A stretch of DNA of 64,000 bases from Tubulanus polymorphus (Eukaryota; Animalia; Nemertea), in NCBI RefSeq assembly GCF_964204645.1, contig NC_134025.1, positions 19,691,101 to 19,755,100 on the forward strand. The letters run 5' to 3'. This document shows, piece by piece, positions 25,501 to 36,391 of this stretch; the stretch's first letter is position 1; every line of letters starts with the position of its first letter. The translations under genes and the position numbers were made by a program. The notes below the pieces were generated by a model, which was given only the letters and a program-made list of their open reading frames with translations, had not been told where the DNA came from and ran no database searches.

Positions 25501-28500
25501 ATACTACTGCTACCCCGATACCACCGATACCAGTGATACTGCCCGATCCTCTGCGAGACCGGTGATACTACTGCTACCCCGATACCACCGATACCAGTGA
25601 TACTGACCGATCCTTCTGGAGACCGGTGATACTACTGCTACCCCGATACCACCGATACCAGTGATACTGCCCGATCCTCTCCGAGACCGGTGATACTACT
25701 GCTACCCCGATACCACCTATACCAGTGATACTGCCCGATCCTTCTGGAGACCGGTGATACTACTGCTACCCCGATACCACCGATACCAGTGATACTGACC
25801 GATCCTTCTGGAGACCGGTGATACTACTGCTACCCCGATACCACTGTTACCAGTGATACTGCCCGATCCTTCTGGAGACCGGTGATACTACTGCTACCCC
25901 GATACCACTGTTACCAGTGATACTGACCGATCCTCTCCGACACCGGTGATACTACTGCTACCCCGATACCACCTATACCAGTGATACTGCCCTATCCTTC
26001 TGGAGACCGGTGATACTACTGCTACCCCGATACCACCGATACCAGTGATACTGACTGATCCTTCTGGAGACCGGTGATACTACTGCTACCCCGATACCAC
26101 CGATACCAGTGATACTGTCCGATCCTTCTGGAGACCGGGGATACTACTGCTACCCCGATACCACTGTTACCAGTGATACTGCCCGATCCTTCTGGAGACC
26201 GGTGATACTACTGCTACCCCGATACCACTGTTACCAGTGATACTGCCCGATCCTCTCCGAGACCGGTGATACTACTGCTACCGCGATACCACCGATACCA
26301 GTGATACTGACCGATCCTTCTGGAGACCGGTGATACTACTGCTACCCCGATACCACTGTTACCAGTGATACTGCCCGATCTTTCAGGAGACCGGTGATAC
26401 TACTGCTACCCCGATACCACTGTTACCAGTGATACTGCCCGATCTTTCAGGAGACCGGTGATACTACTGCTACCCGGATACCACTGTCACCAGTGATACT
26501 GCCCGATCCTTCTGGAGACCGGTGATACTACTGCTACCCCGATACCACCGATACCAGTGATACTGCCCGATCCTTCTGGAGACCGGTGATACTACTGCTA
26601 CCCCGATACCACCGATACCAGTGATACTGAGCTCAGACCACTATTCCAAAATCTTCTATATCCTATAGTAAAAACAAGAAATTCGAGAGTTTAGTTCATA
26701 TATAAGCGCGTAAATTCAGGGGAAATCCTGCTTATGGCTCATAGGCCAGCATCTTAGCTACGCATTGAAGTGGTTTTCGCCCCACGTACCCAACCTAACT
26801 TTTGAAATAATCAAACCTTTAGAAAGGAGGGGTATCCCAGTACAGGTATGCCAGTACATCCGAGCCAAATATCTAAGGGAATCCCCCACCGTGTTTGGTA
26901 CCCTTACTCCAAGCAAAAAAAGTCCAGGGAATCCCTTATTTCATCATCGATCTGTCTCTCAGGATCAATGGATTTCATACATATAACCGAAATTCGTTAC
27001 CTATCCCATTTGCAGAAATTATGGCAACATTTATGGGGGACCTCTTCTTCACTCTAGGTACTATTTTTGGGGTCCGGCCCTACGCATCTTCGAGCTACTA
27101 ACCTAATTGTGGTCTGATGCCTACTGTCCGATCCTTCTGGAGACCGGTGATACTACTGCTACCCCGATACCACTGATACCAGTGATACTGTCCGATCCTT
27201 CTGGAGACCGGTGATACTACTGCTACCCCGATACCACTGTTACCAGTGATACTGCCCGATCCTCTCCGAGACCGGTGATACTACTGCTACCCCGATACCA
27301 CTGTTACCAGTGATACTGCCCGATCCTCTCCGAGACCGGTGATACTACTGCTACACCGATACCACTGTTACCAGTGATACTGTCCGATCCTTCGGGAGAC
27401 CGGTGATACTACTGCTGCCCCGATACCAGTGATACTGCCCGATCCTCTCCGAGACCGGTGATACTACTGCTACCCCGATACCACTGATACAAGTGATACT
27501 GCCCGATCCTCTCCAAGACCGATGATACTACTGCTACCCCGATACCACTGATACCAGTGATACTGACCGATCCTTCTGGAGACCGGTGATACTACTGCTA
27601 CCCCGATACCACTTTATCCAGTGATACTGTCCGATCCTTCGGGAGACCGGTGATACTACTGCTACCCCGATACCACTGTTACCAGTGATACTGCCCGATC
27701 CTTCGGGAGACCGATGATACTACTGCTACCCCGATACCACTGTTACCAGTGATACTGACCGATCCTCTTCGAGACAGGTGATACTACTGCTACCCCGATA
27801 CCACTGTTACCAGTGATACTGCCCGATCCTTCTGGAGACCGATGATACTACTGCTACCCCGATACCACTGTTACCAGTGATACTGCCCGATCCTCTCCGA
27901 GACCGGTGATACTACTGCTACCCCGATACCACCTATACCAGTGATACTGCCCGATCCTTCTGGAGACCGGTGATACTACTGCTACCCCGATACCACTGTT
28001 ACCAGTGATACTGCCCGATCTTTCAGGAGACCGGTGATACTACTGCTACCCCGATACCACTGTTACCAGTGATACTGCCCGATCTTTCAGGAGACCGGTG
28101 ATACTACTGCTACCCCGATACCACTGTTACCAGTGATACTGCCCGATCTTTCAGGAGACCGGTGATACTACTGCTACCGCGATACCACCGATACCAGTGA
28201 TACTGACCGATCCTTCTGGAGACCGGTGATACTACTGCTACCCCGATACCACTGTTACCAGTGATACTGCCCGATCCTCTCCGAGACCGGTGATACTACT
28301 GCTACCCCGATACCACCTATACCAGTGATACTGCCCGATCCTTCTGGAGACCGGTGATACTACTGCTACCCCGATACCACTGATACCAGTGATACTGACC
28401 GATCCTTCTGGAGACCGGTGATACTACTGCTACCCCGATACCACTGATACCAGTGATACTGACCGATCCTTCTGGAGACCGGTGATACTACTGCTACCCC

Positions 28501-28706
28501 GATACCACTGTTACCAGTGATACTGTCCGATCCTTCGGGAGACCGGTGATACTACTGCTACGCCGATACCAGTGATACTGCCCGATCCTCTCCGAGACCG
28601 GTGATATTTCTGCTACCCCGATACCACTGATACAAGTGATACTGCCCGATCCTCTCCAAGACCGATGATACTACTGCTACCCCGATACCACTGATACCAG
28701 TGATAC
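22528..28706 (-). repeat. Same 64-bp satellite in inverted orientation (~89 monomers) with higher-order structure; head at 28707-28816
   Basis: Reverse complement of the unit at 14541-16977, interrupted by an insertion at 26629-27121. Confidence 0.97.
26629..27121. mobile_element. 493-bp non-autonomous DNA transposon with 4-bp TSD (Sola-like), inserted in the satellite
   Basis: Ends GAGCTCAGACCACTATT / AATTGTGGTCTGATGCC with TACT duplicated. A near-identical copy lies at 29206-30553. Confidence 0.85.
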
Positions 28707-29205
28707 CATGGATGCTTTGGGCCCGTGTTGTATGCGGTGGAAATGTTCTGTTCTCACTGTATTGTCCCATGACGCCCTCTACGTAGCCGCCATCTTGAAA
28801 CGGTGTTCTGGTACACCACCGAACAACCCTCCAACGACTCGTGAGGTCAAGGGGTTCCAGAACGGCTTTAGCAGAGTGGGTTCGAATCCATTGACGGGTG
28901 AAGATGGAATAGGAACTGAAGGTAGAGACCGGCAACCAGTCTAGAAGGACACTACATCCTGATCCACACCAGGGCGGAACGATATAAATCGCGGTGAAAC
29001 GTAAGGGCAAAAAGAAGCCGAAGTTGTTGGTCACAGGGGCGGGGGTATAGGTAAGTGTGAATTATTTCGATTAATATACTTATATACTTTTGTGACAGTT
29101 CATCATTTCATCGATCTCCTGAAATGATGGTAGTGGTACACGTTTGTGCACGGGCTTGTCACTATTTCTATTCAACGAACAAAGTGGCTATATTTACCCA
29201 CAGGG

Positions 29206-30553
29206 GAGCTCAGACCACTATTCCAAAATCTTCTATATCCTATAGTAAAAACAAGAAATTCGAGAGTTTAGTTCATATATAAGCGCGTAAATTCAGGGGA
29301 AATCCTGCTTATGGCTCATAGGCCAGCATCTTAGCTACGCATTGAAGTGGTTTTCGCCCCACATACCCTAGTCAGTAACCTGTCTGTGGTTTAGTTTCAC
29401 AATCGGATATTTTCACAAACCACAGTCAGGAATGGGAAGGTCATTTTTGTATGAAATCTTCGTCAGCCAATTTGACTGACGAGTAATTTGCCTGGCATTT
29501 CATTGTCTCTTAAGATATCCGTCTATTTTTTGTTGTAATCGACGCACAACAGATTCGTAGTTTGTCTGATACCTATAACACCTCACCTGACGATCTTAAT
29601 CCATGTGCAAATCGGCCGTAAAGTGAGAGTAAATTTCCGTCGGGTCAACAGCTGCCATTTTGAAAATTACTGGAGGTGCTGGCACCTGTGGACTGAGGCG
29701 AGGACAACAGCACAAACTAACGAAGCGAAACGACGAAATTGAAAAAATTAAGAAATCAACACTTATTCACATTTTTCTTTTACCAGAATTTATTATTTCA
29801 TTATTTATTATGGAAAACACGAAGATTTGAAATATAAGTTGGAAAACCATCAAAAATAAAAATTGTCGTTTCGTCTCGGAAGTTTTATATAAATCCTTGT
29901 AGGTCCCCTTGTCTTATCATGCCACATGTGCAATACAGAGAAATGGTGGCCAATGGCGAAATTGGTGGAGAAATTAATTAATTTCTCAAAATAATGTTGA
30001 TTAACCACTCGAAACATACATAAAATTGGATTATTTCGAAAGGTACCTGTGTTAGTTTGTGAATTAAGCCATTAATTGTGGACTGAAGTGAATAGAAAGT
30101 ATACTTTTGAAGTGTTACTTTTTTCAACCGTGTTTTGGTCCTTGTCATCCCTAACGTTGGTATAAGCCCATCCGATTATAAAAAGCTTACCACCAACGAT
30201 TAGGTAACTAACTACACATACCCAACCTAACTTTTGAAATAATCAAACCTTTAGAAAGGAGGGGTATCCCAGTACAGGTATGCCAGTACATCCGAGCCAA
30301 ATATCTAAGGGAATCCCCCACCGTGTTTGGTACCCTTACTCCAAGCAAAAAAAGTCCAGGGAATCCCTTATTTCATCATCAATCTGTCTCTCAGGATCAA
30401 TGGATTTCATACATATAACCGAAATTCGTTACCTATCCCATTTGCAGAAATTATGGCAACATTTATGGGGGACCTCTTCTTCACTCTAGGTACTATTTTT
30501 GGGGTCCGGCCCTACGCATCTTCGAGCTACTAACCTAATTGTGGTCTGATGCC
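29206..30553. mobile_element. Second copy of the 493-bp Sola-like element (4-bp TSD), carrying a nested insertion
   Basis: Same ends as 26629-27121, with AGGG duplicated at 29202-29205 and 30554-30557. Length 1348 = 493 + 846 + 9. Confidence 0.85.
29369..30214. mobile_element. 846-bp non-autonomous element with TAG termini and 9-bp TSD (AcademH-like)
   Basis: TIRs TAGTCAGTAACCT / AGGTAACTAACTA with CACATACCC duplicated. The empty site is visible in the copy at 26629-27121. Confidence 0.8.
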
Positions 30554-31281
30554 AGGGGCTTGTAAACTGGCTTGGATTTTACTTCCGGGTTGTTGATAAT
30601 CTCGCGAGAATGGCGCTAAATTTAAACTGCAAATAAATTCAAAATATCACAGAATAACCTCTTGTTGATGTTGTTTATTTATCCACTATTTAGTTCCGAT
30701 AAACAATTGGCTGTTAAGGATCAGTATCAGCGGGCGCGACACCTTACTATATTAAAATAACAAGGGATGAAACGGCTTCGCTTTTGCCTGTGACCGTATT
30801 GATGCGGTGGAAACCACTGCGCATGCGCGGCAACTTCCGAGCGCTAGTGAGCTGTCAATCAAACAACAATTTATAGTTTTTCTACATCAATTCAAAAATT
30901 GATACTTTCCTTAGAAGTGTAATTGCCTTGGCTTGAAAGAGGTTTTTGAGAAAAATCAATTGAACTTGAACTGATCTTAACCTTTCGGAAAGTTGCCGCG
31001 TATGCGCAGTGGTTTCCGCCGCATCAATACGGTCACAGGCAAAAGCGAAGCCGTTTCATCCCTTGTTATTTTAATATAGTAAGGCGTCGCGCCCGCTGAT
31101 ACTGATCCTTAACAGCCAATTGTTTATCGAAACTCTATAGTGGATAAATAAACAACATCAACAAGAGGTATGTCTGTGATATTTTGAATTTATTTGCAGT
31201 TTAAATTTAGCGCCATTCTCGCGAGATTATCAACAACCCGGAAGTAAAATCCAAGCCAGTTTACAAGCCCCTGTGATTTAC

Positions 31282-31930
31282 CACAGGGACTTGTCACAAT
31301 TGATAGTGAATGAATAAAACCAATATCAATGACCAGGTCCACTATCCCTGTATAATATAAAAACAAGGGTGGCAACAAATTGCCAATCTGACAATGACTT
31401 CTCCACTTCAATCGACTGTAATTCCAAAAATTCTCAACCGATTCACATGAAATAAGCTTTAATACAACGTAGAAGACTTTCTGCTTCGAACGAGCCTTCA
31501 ACCACCACTCTCCGACAATTATCTCACAACGAAATCACCTTTTTTGACGAGAGATAGCTCAAAATGGAGGTCTACCGATTCTATGGTGGACAGCAAAATG
31601 GTCGTTTTTTTCACTTCAAACGATGATTTCTATGTGAGATCTTAGGGAAAACCCCAACAAACCATACATTTTTTTAAACTACGCGGTCATACCTGTACGC
31701 TAATCTCATTTATTTGTATAATCCACGCGATGGGAAGTCTTCTAGGTTGTATTAAAGCTTATTTCATGTGAATCGGTTGAGAATTTTTGGAATTACAGTC
31801 GATTGAAGTGGAGAAGTCATTGTCAGATTGAAAATGTGTTGCCACCCTTGTTATTTTATTATACAGTTGCAGGGATACTGGTACCCCCATCATTGGTCTC
31901 ATCCATTATCAGTCGTGAAAAGTCCCTGTG
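31282..31930. mobile_element. Palindromic MITE (P-like, 8-bp TSD)
   Basis: Ends CACAGGGACTT / AAGTCCCTGTG with internal inverted arms. ATATTTAC occurs at 29190-29197 and at 31931-31938. Confidence 0.75.
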
Positions 31931-32109
31931 ATATTTACGGCGTCGTAAAGCGGTCGTGAATTCTATATTTACGACGGTTTTATATTGAATTCAGGATTAT
32001 GGTCTAGAGAGGAGAGGATTAGTGTCAAGAGGGTGAGAAGAGGGTCCAGAGGGTTAGGGTTAGGGTAAGGGTCCGTTTTACCCCCTAGGGATAGGATTAG
32101 GGTAAGGTG

Positions 32110-32847
32110 TAGTCTAGTACCTAGCCGTTGTTCCTGAAACAACGTCTAGGGCTAAAGTGCTCATAAGGTTAATTTTCGTCCTTCATTTTGCGGGACGAGG
32201 CTTTGAGCGTCTATTTCACCCCTTAAAACACCATCAACTTACCTCAAACTGACTGTTCTATAATCAGATGGAAGTTAACTATTGTTTGTGCATAAATTTG
32301 TAATCCTAAGTAGCTTTTGATGATCGTAGTAGCTCAAAACTTTTGACTAGTCGCCTCAAAAAACAGTTGAAGTGATGCAACATAACAAATATGGCGGCTT
32401 TTCGTGGTGCATGATGGGAGTGTAAATTACGGATTCGAACTTAAACTTGGTGTCAAGGCAGATATTATTCTTGTTTCAAATTATTAAGGTTAAAATTGAC
32501 CAAAATCTATGCGTTTTATCAACAAAAAATAACATTTAGAGTAATTTTAGAGAGACATATTGAATTTTCACATTTTATTGATTTAGTCCGTATTGGAAAT
32601 CCCGATAGTGGCAATCAATTCAAATCAAATCAATAAATTCCCCGGTTCGCGATTTAAATCATAAAAAAATTCATTATAAAACACATTTTCAAAGTCAACA
32701 AGGTAACTTATTTATTTATTTTAGTACAAAGGTTTGATTTGACACTAAAATCAGTTGTTGCATTGCAATTAACAGGAGTTAACCTCTATATGATACTTTA
32801 GCGTCAGACGTTGTACGGAACCGTAACAACGACTGGTATTCAGACTA
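32110..32847. mobile_element. Non-autonomous element with TAGTCT termini and 10-bp TSD (AcademH-like)
   Basis: TAGTCTAGTACC ... GGTATTCAGACTA, with GGGTAAGGTG at 32100-32109 and at 32848-32857. Confidence 0.75.
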
Positions 32848-32894
32848 GGGTAAGGTGAGGCTATATCTAGTTAAAACATTTGTCGGATTCCCAG

Positions 32895-32970
32895 CGATTT
32901 CGGTGGTCTAGTGGTATGATGCTGCTCTAGTAATTTACTGCTGGCCCGGGTTCGAGTCTCGCTCGATCCG
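32895..32970 (+). other. tRNA-like Pol III promoter module (A and B boxes) inside a repeat; not a credible functional tRNA
   Basis: A-box TGGTCTAGTGG at 32904 and B-box GGTTCGAGTC at 32949. A homologue lies on the minus strand at ~59512-59578. Confidence 0.6.
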
Positions 32971-33536
32971 CTCTATTTTCTCTAACTCTCCACACTTGCC
33001 TTGAATTTTCTAAGTCGCGCACCCTACTAGTGCGCATGCGCAACGTGATTAGCCAATCAGAATGAAACGTCGTAAATATAGCTAATGTCGTCCGTTTACG
33101 GCGTCGTAAAAATAGCCTGAGCGATTTCTATTTGATCGATGGATGGGGATGTGGACACCAGTGGCAGTAGCATCCCTTAAAAAGAAAAGGGAGCTAAATA
33201 AATCGACTATCTGTAAATTACCTTCCCAAATCAATCGCCTAGCGACTGTCATTTCCCTAATTTTAAACCGATATTTACTCGAAATAAACTCTCATAAACA
33301 AGAAGGCTTAGTCTTTTCAATGAGCCTATAGCCTATCACTCTAAGATGAATATTTCACAACGAAATCGCTGTTTCCCGCCAGAAATTGGGTCAAAATAAC
33401 CAAGTACGGTATCATGATGATTCGACGCGATTTACAGGTAAATGTACGCATTTTAGTGTGGAGATCTTTTCCGTTTCAGGCATTAGGCCTTTAAACCCCA
33501 CAAACTATAGGCCCTATATCAAATGACGCACAACAG

Positions 33537-34450
33537 CAGGGCTTCTAGTGGTCCTATTTTCCTATTTTTTCCTATTTTTCAGTGCTTGTCCTATTTTGTC
33601 CTATTTTTATATGAAAAAGTCCTATTTGTCCTATTTTCTCTCATTTTCCAGCTCGTCGACCACTTTTTATCGACAAAAATGTTCTTTATATCTTTTCATA
33701 TGATGTGCAACACCATTTTGAGTGTTTGGTAGAACCTGCAGCATTCATGTTCGGTAAGTCCTGGCTATATAACTTCTTTTCTAATCTTTATATCCTAACA
33801 TGCCAATTGATTTTGTTCCAAATGTCACATGTTGCAGTGCAACTGGGCTTTGGCTATATGAGGGTTACAATCATGTATAACCAGAGGCGGTCGAGAAGTA
33901 AATCTCTTTTCATCCAAACATTTCTTGATTATAATGCTAATTCTTTTGGGTCCGCCTCAGGTATACATTGCCAAGTATCACCACAGGGATGCTCTGTTGT
34001 GATCTAGCTGTGTGCAGTGACATTATGTTTGTAAGTTTATACAGTGTAACCTCGATATAACAAACTCCATGGGACTGAAATCTAGTTCGTTATATCAGGT
34101 GATAATTGTAATAAATCCACCAATCGGGACAAAATATATAGTTACCTGATAAATCGTTATATCAGGGTTCTTTATTACGAGGTTCCACTGTAGATAAGAT
34201 TTTAGATAGTAATACTGTGATACCTTTTCGAAAAAAAGAAATGAAAAAATGTAATAAATTAATTTTGTTTTCTAGTTTCAGATTACTGAAGTTCATTCAA
34301 GACATCTGTGAATATGATGCTGCAGGTTGTATCCTCTCTTTATATATTAAAGTTCTATTTTCTGATGGATATCCTATATATTCTATGAAATTTTCCTATT
34401 TCTGGACACTCTTCCTATTTTTTTTATGGACCAGATCACTGGAACCCCTG
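33537..34450. mobile_element. hAT-like element with 6-bp TSD containing a Tigger/pogo-like MITE (34042-34190)
   Basis: CAGGGCTTCTAGTG / CACTGGAACCCCTG with CAACAG duplicated. The inner element reads TA|CAGTGTAACCTCG ... CGAGGTTCCACTG|TA. Confidence 0.7.
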
Positions 34451-36349
34451 CAACAGTCTTATCTTTCAACTCGATGATGATTCTTCAATATTTATTCCTA
34501 AATGAAAATTATCGAGGAAATTGATAAATGTCACTAAATTTGTTTACGTTCCTTGCGAGTTCAAGACACGTGTTAGAAGTATATCCGCAGTCACGATCGG
34601 CCGGTAAAATAAATCAATTGGCAAATCATTAAAATCATATCAAGCTGTGAAGTTGTTTTATCTGATTTCTATTTAATAAAATGAAGTAGTAGGCCTGAAA
34701 TAATATTTTACTGATCAGATGTTTCCGGATATCTCCGTGAGAAGTTGAATTGAATTGAAGTTACAGGGTTTTTGGTCCGTTCGTCGATTTAAGTGCTTGA
34801 AACGCCTCCAAATGTTTAGAAATATCCTTGAATCATCATCAAGTTGAAAGATGAGACTGTTGTGCGTCGTTTGATGTATAGTTTGTGGGGTTTAATGCCT
34901 GAAACGGACAAGATCTCTTCACTTAAATGCGCGCACTCGCCTGTAGGCTAAATTGCGTCGAATCATTTGCCGTACTTGGTTATTTTGGCCCATTTTCTGG
35001 CGGAAAACAGCGATTTCATTGTGAAATATTCATCGTAGAGCGATAGTCATAGGCTCATTGAAAAAAAAGTAAGGCTTTTAGTTTGTATATAGGCCTAAGA
35101 GTTTATTTCGTGTAAATCGGTTGAAAATTCAGGAAATGACAGTCGATTGAATTGGGAAGGTGATTTACAGATAGTCGAATTAGTTAGCTCCCGTTTCTTG
35201 TTTATATAGAGATACTGGTGTCATCAATCCTCAATCAAATTGTGACAAGCCCGTGTTGTATCGTGTAACAACTGATCCATACATAGCAAAGCCGTCTTCG
35301 TTCATATACATGCCGACGCCTCACACAAATACCGTGTAGTTTCCAATTTCACCATTTTTAGCCCACTTGGGACTTTAGTCCCAGCGGGCTATTGCGTTCA
35401 CTTTTTGTCCGTCGTCCGTCCGTTCGTCCATCCGTAGACGGAATCCAGTTATTTTGGGAAGTTTTGAAGACGCTTCAAGGTGATGTCTTGATATTTAGTT
35501 TATACATGTATCTACCCTAGACATATCTTCAGCCCAAAAACTGGCCCTGTCAGATTCAAGTTGGCCGACTGGCAGCCATTGTTGTTCGCCAAAATCAGCA
35601 CTTTTTACACATTTTCGAAGTTTTCGAGGGAAATTTTGAAGATGCTTTGATCAATTACATTGAGCTTTCGTTTATATTTGAATCTACCGAGGGCCCATCA
35701 GCATAAGAAAAATTGGGTCGATCTGGCACAAGATGGCCGTCCTATGACCTTTTTAGTGCCCAAAATGTCAATTTTGGCCAGAATTCTAGGTCCTGTAGCT
35801 TCCTACTGGTTTGCCATTTCTCATTGCAATTTGTTATGGATATTCTTTGTAAAGGGATGTTTTATACCTGATACAGGTATTTTCGATCAGCCAATTGTGA
35901 CGCAATTGGCGGGCATCTTGGTGTCATCAGTACTCATTTGTAGGTGGGAAAAAGTTTTTCCACAATAAATTGATAGCTAAGCATATTGTGTTACTATATC
36001 CAATTGGAAAGTTGTAGCCCATAACGTGTTCCATGATTTTGGTGAGTTTCAAGGTCATTGGTTTTTGTATGTGGCCACCAGGGGGCATTGAATAATACAA
36101 TAACTTAGTATTTCTTTATTATATTTGTACCTATGCATATTTTGTTACCACAATCAATTGCAAAGTTGTAGCTCATGACATTTTCCATGATTTTGGTGAG
36201 TTTCAAGGATATTAGTTATTCTATATGGTCACCAGGGGGCGTTGAATAGTTGAATAACTTAGTATTTCCTTAAGATAAAATCCCACTATTTACAGATTAA
36301 AAGAATTTAAAAACCAGAATTTATTTATTCAATCAAAAATATATAAAAA

Positions 36350-36391
36350 ACACGACGTTTCCATCTCACCCTAGAGATCATCGTCAGGTGT
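36350..36391 (-). ncRNA. Minimal type-I hammerhead ribozyme motif in an inverted PLE terminal repeat (duplicate copy)
   Basis: Minus strand reads ACAC CTGACGA T GATCTC-TAGGGT-GAGATG GAAAC GTC GTGT. Confidence 0.7.

Larger units (their letters stand above)
29199..31275. mobile_element. Long palindromic MITE (P-like, 7-bp TSD) with its left TIR split by an insertion
   Basis: CACAGGG|GCTTGTAAACTGG ... CCAGTTTACAAGCCCCTGTG. Arms at ~30554-30840 and ~30985-31275 are near-perfectly inverted, and ATTTACC is duplicated. Confidence 0.8.
29173..33123. mobile_element. MULE-like element with 9-bp TSD carrying telomere-like repeats and a tRNA-like module
   Basis: ATTTCTATT at 29164-29172 and at 33124-33132. 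Subterminal inverted repeat GGCTATATTTAC(GGCGTCGTAAA) / TTTACGGCGTCGTAAAAATAGCC. Confidence 0.7.
29149..35255. mobile_element. Outer palindromic non-autonomous element (CANRG ends, P-superfamily-like) hosting a nested stack
   Basis: CACGGGCTTGTCAC at 29149 and GTGACAAGCCCGTG ending at 35255, with long inverted arms at ~33150-33535 and ~34850-35225. Its own TSD is not resolved. Confidence 0.65.

Noticed and set aside
14541-28706. Satellite arrays as a CRISPR array or a repeat-protein gene
   Set aside because: There are no unique spacers, since monomers are contiguous near-identical 64-mers. The period is not a multiple of 3, frames hit stops, and the context is eukaryotic with no cas genes.
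14411-28840. CTCCAACG / AACGACTC shared by both outer flanks as a TSD for the foldback-like block
   Set aside because: The matches are offset several bases from the homology boundary on both sides, so they do not form a clean TSD.
32895-32970. Functional tRNA gene
   Set aside because: The A and B boxes are present, but acceptor and anticodon stems are poor and the second copy has diverged freely. It is treated as a repeat-borne tRNA-like module.
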